Below, piece by piece: positions 17,470-26,005 of a stretch of 32,000 bases of DNA (position 1 is its first letter; the number at the start of each line of letters is the position of its first letter). Below the pieces are notes generated by a model. That model saw only the letters and a list, made by a program, of their open reading frames with translations. It searched no databases and was not told the DNA's origin. A program made the position numbers and the translations under genes. Source of the stretch: Telmatocola sphagniphila (GTDB lineage Bacteria > Planctomycetota > Planctomycetia > Gemmatales > Gemmataceae); NCBI RefSeq assembly GCF_018398935.1, contig NZ_CP074694.1:2940001-2972000 (forward strand). The letters are read 5' to 3'.

Positions 17470-17744
17470 CTTGGCGGATTGAAAGGAGGGCTTCAAGAAA
17501 ACAATACCGAGAGGGGAGCAATCGGCTTACGGATCGATGGAATTCTGTCGCTTGCGCGGGCTATAACTGGGCCAATGTCAAAACAGGTAATCTAGGTAAT
17601 ATTAGAAGAAAAAAAAGGATAATTAGGATTTATTCGACTCTAACGGTTGTTCCATGTTTAATGAATCCCTACAACGAGCAGACGGTTTATGACTCGCCTC
17701 ATGGACTGATCGCCGCATAGCATCACAACTTGGAGGTCGGTTGA

Positions 17745-18293
17745 ATGAATTTTTGTCTCTTAGTTTGGCCCGTTGTATACGCCCTTTCGTCCAGCCCGAT
17801 TGCCTTAACTACTGAATGGCAAACGGATTACAGCAAAGCCAAGCAACTCGCCCTGGAAAAGCACAAGCCCCTAGCAGTTTTTGTCGGCGAAGGTTCCGAC
17901 GGGTGGAAAAAAGTCAGCCCTGGAACCTCGTTTGATGGTACAATCAATCAATCATTGTCTTCCAATTTCGTATGCCTCTATGTGGATAAGGCAACCTCCA
18001 ACGGTAAATCGTTGGCGGATGCACTCCAGGTAACGGAACATACGGGGCTGGTAATCAGCGACAAGGATGTCAAACTTCAGGCTTTTAATTATTCCGGAAC
18101 GGTGAAAGCAGACGAACTCGTCAACGTGATCACCAAGTTTGCAGATGGACCGCAAACGGTTACTCAAACGGAATCCTTGGCCAAACCGGTCGTTTATACC
18201 CCCGCCTCGGCCGTGATTCCCGCAGCCTATATGGGGGGTGGATGCCCCAATGGGAATTGTCCTAAACAAGTTCAATACTACTACGGACGATAA
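17745..18293 (+). CDS. Secreted thioredoxin-fold (Thioredoxin_7/DUF255-like) protein lacking the CxxC motif
   Basis: GGAGG lies 7-8 nt upstream of the ATG, and a signal peptide is present. W-x-T-D-Y-x-x-A-K...KPLAVFVGEGSDGWKKV aligns to the family pattern ...KPLLLxFTGSDWCGWCKKL, but both Cys residues are missing. FVCLYVDK and a later GLVISD segment fit the fold. The tail GGGCPNGNCPKQ is Cys-containing. Confidence 0.65.
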   Translation: MNFCLLVWPVVYALSSSPIALTTEWQTDYSKAKQLALEKHKPLAVFVGEGSDGWKKVSPGTSFDGTINQSLSSNFVCLYVDKATSNGKSLADALQVTEHTGLVISDKDVKLQAFNYSGTVKADELVNVITKFADGPQTVTQTESLAKPVVYTPASAVIPAAYMGGGCPNGNCPKQVQYYYGR

Positions 18294-18303
18294 GAAGGTA
18301 CCC

Positions 18304-18330
18304 GTTGTCCGAAGGGCGAGCTTCGGCAAC
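18304..18330. terminator. Hairpin between convergent genes (no clear U-tract)
   Basis: GTTG(T)CCGAAG-GGCGAG-CTTCGGCAAC forms a 10-bp stem with one bulge. It lies between the stop of 17745..18293 and the stop of the dus gene. Confidence 0.35.
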
Positions 18331-18343
18331 TAATCAAAAATCC

Positions 18344-19432
18344 TCACCAGTGACTAATCGCCCCACTGGGGATATTCATTTCCGCTTCATAGCCTCCCGC
18401 CTGCCAGTTTTTGGGTGGACCTTTCTCCCGCAATTCCAGCACGACTTCCTGAAAATCCGACCACCTCGATAGCATTTGCAACTTCATGTGCGTATCTTTA
18501 TCGGCCTTGATGGCCCGGCAATGATAGGCCGACACCTTGCGAAATTGCAGACAGGCCAGATGCTCCCCCCGCCAGTCGATCATCCGGCGCAAGTGCGTCT
18601 CCATGAATTCGATCCGTTCTTCAAAGCTGCCGCGCCCGCCGGGCACGCCAGTATGAAGCCAGTTGTTCAACTGCCGGAAGATCCAGGGATTCGCCAGGCC
18701 GCCGCGACCGATGGCGATGGCGGCACACCCAGTTTCGTCGATCATCCGATGAGCTTCTTCGATATTGCGGATATCCCCGTTGCCAATGACCGGAATTTTC
18801 TGCACCGCTTCCACTACTGTTCGAATTCCATCCCGATTCACGCTACCTGAAAAGCCCTGTTCGCGAGTACGGCCATGAATGGTGATGGCCGATACGCCTA
18901 TTTGCTCGAATTCCGCTGCGAACTTGGGAGCCGTCAGCTGGGTATCGTCCCAACCCAGACGCATTTTCACCGTCACCGGAATCTTCACGGCCTCCACAAC
19001 GGTCTGCACCACTTTGAGTGTTTGACCGGTCGTGTCGCACATCATGGCCGAGCCGCCGCCGCCCTTCACCACCTTGTTGACCGGGCAGCCCATATTGATG
19101 TCGATGATCTGCGTACCGCGCGCTTCCAGAAACTTCGCGGCCGCATCCAGATCCTTCAGATTGGAACCATAAATCTGCACGGCCAGCGGTTTATCTTCCG
19201 GGCAGGTGGCAAGTAATTCGAAGGTTTTGCGACTGTTTTCGAGTATGGCGCGGGCCGAGACGAGATCGGTCGTGGCCAGACCCAAGCCCCCCAGTTCCCG
19301 AACCGTAAGTCGAAACGGCATATGGGTATAGCCGGCCAGGGGAGCCAGATTGAAACGGCTGGGCAATGGCACGGAGCCGATCGAAAAGGGCTCCAGCAAA
19401 TACTTCGGGGGTGCGGGGAAAGATTCCTTCAT
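18344..19432 (-). CDS. dusB: tRNA-dihydrouridine synthase
   Basis: It has LAPLAGYTHMPFR, the catalytic loop DINMGCPVNKV, VKMRLGWD, ITIHGRTREQ and IGNGDI. The start is 7 nt downstream of the kinase stop. Confidence 0.92.
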   Translation of the reverse strand: MKESFPAPPKYLLEPFSIGSVPLPSRFNLAPLAGYTHMPFRLTVRELGGLGLATTDLVSARAILENSRKTFELLATCPEDKPLAVQIYGSNLKDLDAAAKFLEARGTQIIDINMGCPVNKVVKGGGGSAMMCDTTGQTLKVVQTVVEAVKIPVTVKMRLGWDDTQLTAPKFAAEFEQIGVSAITIHGRTREQGFSGSVNRDGIRTVVEAVQKIPVIGNGDIRNIEEAHRMIDETGCAAIAIGRGGLANPWIFRQLNNWLHTGVPGGRGSFEERIEFMETHLRRMIDWRGEHLACLQFRKVSAYHCRAIKADKDTHMKLQMLSRWSDFQEVVLELREKGPPKNWQAGGYEAEMNIPSGAISHW

Positions 19433-19439
19433 AGGGGCA

Positions 19440-21131
19440 TTATAGGATCGCTTCGGACTGCTTCCGCAAACGATAGTACTTGATGCCTGGAATCAAAAAG
19501 CTCAGGGCCGACATGAAGCCGAAGAGCAGAATGTTCACCTGGGGCAGTAGCGGCATAACCATGGCCGTCAGGAACATCATGGCCGCGGTCACGTAGAATC
19601 GCCCCGTCAGAATACCGGCCTTGAAAACGAAGACCATTCCGGTCGCCACAGCGATGGCCGGGGAAAGCGTTAGTACCGGAAGATCGGCCACCACCTCGAT
19701 GACGAACATTGAAATACTGGCGCAGACCCCGGCGGCCCAGGCATGCGCAATCTGCCGCTCTACGAAAACGACCGGCCCCGATTTCCCGCGCCACTTCCAG
19801 AGAATCGTTCCCCAGGTCAACAATCCGACCGTCCAGAGAATCAGATAGGTGCCGTGCTCTTTCAAGCCGTACCAGACCAGAGCCTGAGTCAAAAAGCAAA
19901 GCAGGAAAATCTGCAGACTGTGCCAGATCCAGATGAGACCCCAGTTTTCCAGAATGGAAATATGATGCGTTTCCCGCAACATCCGCGACAGGAAATGCTT
20001 CAAACCGCTGGTGGGATTGGAAACGTGCTCCCCCGACAAATAGGCCCGAAGATCGAGCACCAGTTCGGAGGCGTGCTGATAACGGCGATTCGGTAATTTT
20101 TGCAGGCACTTCAAACAGATGTTTTCCAGATCCCGATCAATACCGGGCACCAGCAGACGCGGCGGCACTGGATCCTGCTCGATGACCATCAGCAGAGCAT
20201 CCACGGGATTAGAAGCCTGAAAAGGCGGTCTTCCCGTCAGCATCTCATAAAGGATGGCCCCGATGCTATACACATCCGACGCGGGATTCAAATCCCCTCG
20301 GTTCATCGCCTGCTCGGGAGACATGTAGCCGGGCGTGCCGACGATTGCACCGGTAGAAGTACGCCAGTCTCGCAGGCTTTCCGGATTCAAATAGAGTCTT
20401 TTGGCGAGACCGAAATCCGATACTTTGGGATGAGGTACTGCCCCGTCCAGGACCTTCAGAGAGAATCGGGAATTGGAACTCGGCGAAGCCACCCTTTCGG
20501 GTGAAAGCAGAATGTTGCTCGGCTTCAAATCCCGATGCAGGATTCCCATGTCATGAGCATGCTGCACTCCCAAAGCAATCTGGACTGTGAGCGCGGCGGC
20601 CTGACGCGGCGGTAGGGGTCCGTGACTTAAACGCTTGGCTAAGGTCAACCCTTCGACGTACTCCATCGCGAAGAAAGGTTGCCCCTCGTTATCGCCGACT
20701 TCGTAGACCGTGACGATGTTCGGATGCTTCAATTTACCGGCCGAGGTCGCTTCCGAACGAAAACGCCCTTTATCGGCATCGCTGGCCATCCGGCCATCCC
20801 GCAAGACTTTGATCGCCACCAGCCTATTGAGACTTTTCTGCCGGGCTTTGTAAACCACGCCCATTCCCCCCCGGCCGAGTTCTTCCAATAGCTCGTAATC
20901 CTCGAAGTGAATCGAGGGAATTTCCGGCTCGGCCTTCACACTGGCACTGGGAGTCGAGTCGGGCAGGCGGATGAGAGAGGCAAATTGAGCGGTTGCCCAG
21001 AGAGAGCGCAATTCGTCGATCAGATCGGGATGTTCGAGCGAAATTTTATGCCAGTCGGGCGCGGTTCCCGCAGCGCATTCCGAGTCCAGTTGGGCTAGCA
21101 ACTCGGCCAGGGTTTCGTCTTGCGTCATCAT
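19440..21131 (-). CDS. Ser/Thr protein kinase with a C-terminal polytopic membrane domain
   Basis: It has the Hanks motifs GRGGMGVVYKA, VAIK, HRDLKPSNIL, DFGLAK and GTPGYMSPE. The last ~180 aa contain about 6 hydrophobic helices. An N-terminal extension of about 75 aa precedes the kinase domain. Confidence 0.93.
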   Translation of the reverse strand: MMTQDETLAELLAQLDSECAAGTAPDWHKISLEHPDLIDELRSLWATAQFASLIRLPDSTPSASVKAEPEIPSIHFEDYELLEELGRGGMGVVYKARQKSLNRLVAIKVLRDGRMASDADKGRFRSEATSAGKLKHPNIVTVYEVGDNEGQPFFAMEYVEGLTLAKRLSHGPLPPRQAAALTVQIALGVQHAHDMGILHRDLKPSNILLSPERVASPSSNSRFSLKVLDGAVPHPKVSDFGLAKRLYLNPESLRDWRTSTGAIVGTPGYMSPEQAMNRGDLNPASDVYSIGAILYEMLTGRPPFQASNPVDALLMVIEQDPVPPRLLVPGIDRDLENICLKCLQKLPNRRYQHASELVLDLRAYLSGEHVSNPTSGLKHFLSRMLRETHHISILENWGLIWIWHSLQIFLLCFLTQALVWYGLKEHGTYLILWTVGLLTWGTILWKWRGKSGPVVFVERQIAHAWAAGVCASISMFVIEVVADLPVLTLSPAIAVATGMVFVFKAGILTGRFYVTAAMMFLTAMVMPLLPQVNILLFGFMSALSFLIPGIKYYRLRKQSEAIL

Positions 21132-21171
21132 GAGAGATTAGAAATCTATCGACGGTTTTCGGCCGTTCGCT

Positions 21172-21816
21172 TCAAGATTTTTCTTTTGCATCCGGGTTTT
21201 CATCCGGCAGTAGGACCGCCCGGAGTTTCCGCAGAGCCCGCAGGTAGCGCATCGAAGCGGCCGCTTCCGTCAGTTGGTAAACGGCCGCCACATCTGTGTT
21301 CGAAAGCTGCTCGTGGTGACGCATCAGAATTATATCCCGGTCGTTCTGCGGCAGTTGAACGATCGCGGCATTCAGCTTCTTTCGCAACTCTTCCTGAATG
21401 GCCGCGCTCGCCGGCGTATTCTCCGGGTCGATTAGAGAAGCGACGAGATTAGCCGACGAATCGTCAGCCCAGGCAGGGCTTTCCAGGGAGTGTTCCCGGT
21501 CGATGCTGCGACGCTGCGCCACTCGATGCCGGCGATGCGTATCGATGATCCGATCCTGAGCCATATGCCGCAACCAGAGGTGGAACGGCATAGTCGGAGA
21601 TTGCAGATATTCTTTTAATCTTTGATGGGCTTCGATCAGCACATCCTGCACGATATCGGAAGCATCAATGCGCCGCGCCAGAGCGGGGTCCATGCGTAAT
21701 CCGATAACTCGCCGTAGCGGTTCGCGGAACTTCATTAACAGTTGTTCACGTGCCGCCGGGTCGCCCGTTTTAGCGGCATCGAGTAAATTGCGGGTCTCTT
21801 CGGAATTTGGCCACAT
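21172..21816 (-). CDS. ECF-type sigma-70 family RNA polymerase sigma factor
   Basis: Region 2 (DASDIVQDVLIEAHQRL...FHLWLRHMAQDRIIDTHRRH) and region 4 (LPQNDRDIILMRHHEQLSNTDVAAVYQLTEAAASMRYLRALRKLR) are present. I prefer ATG 21816 (MWPNSEETRNLLDAAKTGDPAA) over TTG 21879. Confidence 0.9.
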   Translation of the reverse strand: MWPNSEETRNLLDAAKTGDPAAREQLLMKFREPLRRVIGLRMDPALARRIDASDIVQDVLIEAHQRLKEYLQSPTMPFHLWLRHMAQDRIIDTHRRHRVAQRRSIDREHSLESPAWADDSSANLVASLIDPENTPASAAIQEELRKKLNAAIVQLPQNDRDIILMRHHEQLSNTDVAAVYQLTEAAASMRYLRALRKLRAVLLPDENPDAKEKS

Positions 21817-21928
21817 CCTAGAAATTGTAGTAGTTTTTCGAGCCGCTGACGAATCCGCACCAAAGAAGTCTCTGATCAATATTTGGCCTCAACTTACACG
21901 TTTTTCAACTCCGTGAATACTTTTTGAA

Positions 21929-21954
21929 AATCCGACCTTCCGGAATCCGACCTT
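21929..21954. repeat. Direct repeat AATCCGACCTT x2 (15-nt period) in a divergent promoter region
   Basis: The copies are at 21929..21939 and 21944..21954, between the sigma gene (minus strand) and the prolyl oligopeptidase gene (plus strand). Read directly from the sequence. Confidence 0.8.
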
Positions 21955-22025
21955 TTCCAATGCAGTTTGAGAACCTTCGGGCGATCTTCTATAAATTACC
22001 GAAACAAACAATTCAGAGGGTCAAC

Positions 22026-24152
22026 ATGAGACGCATCGCAATTCTGGGTTCAATACTGTTAGGAGGATTGGGCATGAATGCCGCCTGGGCCGATCATCCC
22101 ACCTACCCCACTACGAAACGGACCGAATTCACGGAAGAACTGCACGGCACGCAAGTTCCCGATCCCTACCGCTGGCTGGAAGACGACGTTCGCAAATCTC
22201 CCGAAGTTAAAGCCTGGGTGGAAGCCGAATCCAAGTTCACCAACGACTATTTGAAAGCCATTCCAGAACGGGAAAAAATCCAGAAGAAGCTCACCGAGCT
22301 CTGGAATTACGAAAAGTTCAGTGCCCCTTCCAAACATGGTAAGCACTACGTCTTCAGCAAAAACAACGGCCTGCAAAATCAGTTTGTGGTCTACACTCAG
22401 GATAGCCTGAACGGCGAACCGAAGTTGCTGCTCGACCCGAATAGCTGGTCCAAAGACGGCACCATAGCTCTAAGTGGCACAGCGTTCAGCGACGATGGCA
22501 AACTGGTTGCCTACTCGCAATCGGAAGCTGGCTCGGACTGGACCACCTGGAAAGTACTAGATGTCGAATCCCGCAAATTGCTGCCCGATGAACTGAAGTG
22601 GGTGAAGTTCTCCAACGTTTCCTGGACCAAAGACGGCAAGGGCTTCTTCTACAGCCGGTTCGACGAGCCGAAAAAAGAAGCCCAATTCCAAAGCTTGAAT
22701 CTCAACCAGAAGCTGATGCACCACAAGCTGGGCACTAGCCAGGCGGAAGATGTCATCGTTTATCAGCGGCCCGATCAACCGACCTGGAGTTTCAGCGGTT
22801 CCGTAACCGATGATGGGAAATATCTGGTTTTCACCAGCCGGACCGGAACCGATGCCCGTAATCGCGTTTTCGTCAAAGACCTTTCTAAGCCGTTGACCGA
22901 TGCCCCCGTCGAAGTCGTGGACAACTTCGATAACGACTACACGCTCATTGAGGGTGTCGGCCCGATTCTCTATTTCCGGACCGATTTGAATGCTCCCAAT
23001 GGCCGCGTGATCGCCATCGACATGACCAAGCCGGCCAAGGAAAACTGGAAAGAAATCATTCCCCAGGCCAAAGAAAATCTGCGCGGCGTCAATCTGGTCG
23101 GCGGATTGCTGATCGCAAGTTACTTGAAGGATGCCCGCACCCAGGTGAAGATGTTCCAACCCGACGGCAAGTTCGTTCGGGAAGTCGAATTCCCGGGTAT
23201 CGGTACCGCTGCCGGTTTCGGCGGCAAACCGAGCGACACCGAAACCTTCTACAGTTTCAGCAGTTACGCCGTGCCCCCGACGATCTACCGCTACGACCTG
23301 AAGACCGGTGAATCTAAACAGCTCCGACAGGCTCAAGTGAAGTTCGATCCTTCCCAGTTCGAGACCAAGCAGATCTTTTACACCTCGAAGGATGGTACGA
23401 AGGTGCCGATGTTCATCACCTCCAAGAAAGGTCTCAAACTCGACGGCCAGAATCCCACCCTGCTCTACGGTTACGGCGGCTTCAACATTCCGTTGACTCC
23501 CGGTTTCAGCGTCGGGCCGATCACCTGGATGGAAATGGGCGGCGTTTATGCCGTGGCCAATCTGCGCGGCGGCGGCGAATACGGCAAGGACTGGCACAAA
23601 GCGGGAACAAAGGAGCGCAAGCAGAACGTGTTCGACGACTTCATCTCGGCCGCTGAGTACCTGATTGCTGAAAAGTATACCAGCACTCCGAAACTGGCGA
23701 TCCAAGGCGGCAGCAACGGCGGTTTACTGATCGGCGCCTGCATGACGCAACGACCCGACCTCTTCGGAGCCTGCCTGCCGCACGTCGGCGTGATGGATAT
23801 GCTTCGTTTCCACAAATTCACCGCCGGGCGTTATTGGGTCGATGACTATGGCAGCCCTGATAAGGCCGAAGATTTCAAATCGCTGATCAAATACAGCCCC
23901 TATCACAATCTGAAGCCAGGCGTGAAGTACCCTCCGACGATGGTGATCACGGCCGATACCGATGATCGCGTGGTGCCGGGTCATAGCTTCAAGTTCGCGG
24001 CTCAGTTGCAGTATTGCCAGGCCGGCGATGCTCCGGTGCTGGCCCGCATTGAAACGCGAGCCGGTCACGGGGCCGGAAAACCGACTGCGAAGGTGATTGA
24101 GGAACTTGCAGACGAGTATGCGTTTCTGTACAAGAACTTGAAGATGAAGTAA
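22026..24152 (+). CDS. Prolyl oligopeptidase (S9A family), secreted
   Basis: ATG 22026 gives the signal peptide MRRIAILGSILLGGLGMNAAWA. DPYRWLED marks the N-terminus, followed by a beta-propeller region. The catalytic triad context is GGSNGG, DDRV and RAGHGAG. The 34 codons upstream in the ORF track are probably not translated. Confidence 0.95.
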   Translation: MRRIAILGSILLGGLGMNAAWADHPTYPTTKRTEFTEELHGTQVPDPYRWLEDDVRKSPEVKAWVEAESKFTNDYLKAIPEREKIQKKLTELWNYEKFSAPSKHGKHYVFSKNNGLQNQFVVYTQDSLNGEPKLLLDPNSWSKDGTIALSGTAFSDDGKLVAYSQSEAGSDWTTWKVLDVESRKLLPDELKWVKFSNVSWTKDGKGFFYSRFDEPKKEAQFQSLNLNQKLMHHKLGTSQAEDVIVYQRPDQPTWSFSGSVTDDGKYLVFTSRTGTDARNRVFVKDLSKPLTDAPVEVVDNFDNDYTLIEGVGPILYFRTDLNAPNGRVIAIDMTKPAKENWKEIIPQAKENLRGVNLVGGLLIASYLKDARTQVKMFQPDGKFVREVEFPGIGTAAGFGGKPSDTETFYSFSSYAVPPTIYRYDLKTGESKQLRQAQVKFDPSQFETKQIFYTSKDGTKVPMFITSKKGLKLDGQNPTLLYGYGGFNIPLTPGFSVGPITWMEMGGVYAVANLRGGGEYGKDWHKAGTKERKQNVFDDFISAAEYLIAEKYTSTPKLAIQGGSNGGLLIGACMTQRPDLFGACLPHVGVMDMLRFHKFTAGRYWVDDYGSPDKAEDFKSLIKYSPYHNLKPGVKYPPTMVITADTDDRVVPGHSFKFAAQLQYCQAGDAPVLARIETRAGHGAGKPTAKVIEELADEYAFLYKNLKMK

Positions 24153-24173
24153 AAGGTTGAGGTTTATAAGTTA

Positions 24174-24216
24174 AGCCAAATCATTTCGCTACGGCGAGAA
24201 GATTTGGCTTTTTTTC
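24174..24216 (+). terminator. Rho-independent terminator after the prolyl oligopeptidase gene
   Basis: AGCCAAATC (24174..24182) pairs with GATTTGGCT (24201..24209). An inner TCGC/GCGA helix is also present. A T-run (TTTTTT, 24210..24215) follows. Confidence 0.8.
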
Positions 24217-24258
24217 TTATAACATTTTTCAACTAAGAACACTCAATTACACGCCCCT

Positions 24259-25389
24259 TCACTTCTCCAGATACGCCTCAATGCTATCCGATTTTAGCAG
24301 CAGAGCTCCCATAGCGAGGGGAAGACTGGCCGAAAGCACCAATCCCACCACACTCCCAACCAACCCCGAAATGGATAGTGAAGCCGGACTGGCAAGTACG
24401 TTCACTAAACCCCAACAAAACATGATCATGAAGAATGTAGCCACCGCCGTCAGTATACCCCCGAGAACATAACGGGCCCAATTCATTTTTAAGAAGGTGC
24501 AGACTAGCAAAACCAACGTCACGGCAAAGACCGGCAAGCTCTTCGTCAAGTCCTTGCTTCTCTCCTCTCCCCTCAATTTCTTCTCCGCTATGACGGACTT
24601 GGAATTATTCATCATGGTTTGCAATGAAATTGTCCGCACCCTATAGTTGCTCGAAAACTCATTTCTCGATGCAAGCAGTTCCTGCATAGCCTTGGAATCG
24701 GAATTCTTTTTTTGGTTTTCGGCATCTACCAGAGCCTTCCACTCTTCGTTGAACTTTTTGTTCTTGGATTCGAGTTCCGCAAGCTCTTTCTCAAAAGGTT
24801 CAAGTTCCGCTGCCGCCCGCTTGTCATCGAGATCTGCCGTCGAGGTTCGTGTCATCATGCGGGTCATCGAATAAAGCTGCGAGCCCAGGAGGAAGCAGGC
24901 AATCAAGATGACATAAATCTTACCGCGACTGGCGTCCCCTCCCTTTTTGACCTTCCCAATCCCCTTCTTTTTGCCCTTCCCCTTCGGAGAGTCCACTTCT
25001 ATCGGATCTTCCTCATCCACTTCTTCCTCGACAACTTCCACAACCTGTTTGGGCCGAGATGGTAGCTTTGGCGGCTTCGGTCTCTCGGGTGGCTTGAGCC
25101 GTTCCGTAGGCTTCGGAAGTGTTGGCGGCTTGGCGGCTACCAGCTTTGGAGACGACTTTTTGACCGGCTTCGTTTCTTCAACAACCTCCACTTCATCAAA
25201 CTCTTCCACGACCTCGACTTCGTCAAAATCCTCCACCACTTCGACCTCATCGAACTCCTTGACAACATCTTTTTTCGGATCGGGTACGACGATCTTCTTC
25301 TGGCAGCCAGGGCACTTGCTCGAAAGCCCCGCCTTGGAATCGTCTACCGTAAAGGATTTGTTGCAAAAGGCGCACGAGAAGCGAATCAC
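24259..25389 (-). CDS. Zinc-ribbon membrane protein with acidic tandem repeats, a Pro-rich linker, a coiled coil and a C-terminal TM bundle
   Basis: I place the start at GTG 25389 (with GGAG upstream), which gives MIRFSCAFCNKSFTVDDSKAGLSSKCPGCQKKIVVP, a CxxC...CxxC ribbon. The rest reads (E/D)FDEVEVVE x3, then KPPTLPKPTERLKPPERPKPPKLPSRPK, an acidic block, a basic block, one TM segment, a coiled coil of about 120 aa and about 3 TM segments. The ORF track extends to TTG 25497. Confidence 0.75.
   Translation of the reverse strand: MIRFSCAFCNKSFTVDDSKAGLSSKCPGCQKKIVVPDPKKDVVKEFDEVEVVEDFDEVEVVEEFDEVEVVEETKPVKKSSPKLVAAKPPTLPKPTERLKPPERPKPPKLPSRPKQVVEVVEEEVDEEDPIEVDSPKGKGKKKGIGKVKKGGDASRGKIYVILIACFLLGSQLYSMTRMMTRTSTADLDDKRAAAELEPFEKELAELESKNKKFNEEWKALVDAENQKKNSDSKAMQELLASRNEFSSNYRVRTISLQTMMNNSKSVIAEKKLRGEERSKDLTKSLPVFAVTLVLLVCTFLKMNWARYVLGGILTAVATFFMIMFCWGLVNVLASPASLSISGLVGSVVGLVLSASLPLAMGALLLKSDSIEAYLEK
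25174..25257 (-). repeat. 3 x 27-nt coding tandem repeat (peptide FDEVEVVE[D/E])
   Basis: The protein-level repeat reads EFDEVEVVEDFDEVEVVEEFDEVEVVEE. The three DNA copies differ at many synonymous positions (ctccacttcatcaaactc / ctcgacttcgtcaaaatc / ttcgacctcatcgaactc). Confidence 0.85.
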
Positions 25390-25645
25390 AGCATTCTCCG
25401 GGTGGTTTAGGGCAGGTTTACGCAAGAAACAAATTTCAGTGCTAAACCGGACGATTTCAGAATGGGGAAATTGTAGGTGAGAAGGTGAAGAGAACAAGTA
25501 GTGTGCAGGATCAACCGCTCGACCCGTTTGATCGGTAGAACATGGTCTGCAAGGATTTCTTGCGACTTGATTCCTGTACCTAGGATTGGAGAAACGCGGT
25601 TGCGTTGATTTACTTAATTCCGCACTGCAAATTAAGGAGATTTCA

Positions 25646-26005
25646 ATGACCGAATTCAGTCACGACACTAAAAGTACTGGCTTCTCGCGGAGAAAAGTCT
25701 TGTTGACTGCGGGCGCTTTAGCGGCCGGTACACTGAGTGCGTCCGCAGAAGTGATGGCTGGAGAGGATCAAAAGAAAGTCGAGAAAAAATTCGAAGGCGA
25801 ATCACGGGAAGGAAAGATTCAAGAAGCGCTCGATAATGCTTTGAAGGAACTGGACAAGGCCATGGGCGAAGGCGGAGTAGCAGACGGCTTGGCCAACTGG
25901 AAACTTTCAAGTGTATCCGGTCAACGCGGCGGCTTCGCGGGACGAAGAGGAGTGAAAGTGGAGATAACTGCGACCCGTTCGCCCGACTGGCAGGAGAAGA
26001 GGTAG
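25646..26005 (+). CDS. Small Tat-signal secreted protein, function unknown
   Basis: AAGGAG (25634..25639) lies 6 nt before ATG 25646. The twin-arginine motif is FSRRKVLLTAGALAAGTLSASA. The mature part is about 85 aa (…IQEALDNALKELDKAMGEGG…WKLSSVSGQRGGFAGRRGVKVEITA). Confidence 0.7.
   Translation: MTEFSHDTKSTGFSRRKVLLTAGALAAGTLSASAEVMAGEDQKKVEKKFEGESREGKIQEALDNALKELDKAMGEGGVADGLANWKLSSVSGQRGGFAGRRGVKVEITATRSPDWQEKR

Noticed and set aside
19429-20109. A 226-codon minus-strand ORF lies in an alternative frame inside the kinase gene, and 14088..14324 is an alternative frame over the HTH gene.
   Set aside because: These are same-strand overlapping frames with Arg/Gly-rich junk-like translations. 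The annotated frames carry the recognisable kinase TM domain and HTH motifs.
21924-22025. N-terminal extension of the prolyl oligopeptidase ORF (MKIRPSGIRPFP...). The same applies to the ligA extension from TTG 28950 and the zinc-ribbon protein extension to TTG 25497.
   Set aside because: The extensions precede a proper signal peptide or the canonical N-terminus. They use rare starts and translate intergenic repeat DNA. Internal ATG or GTG starts with SD-like sequences fit better.
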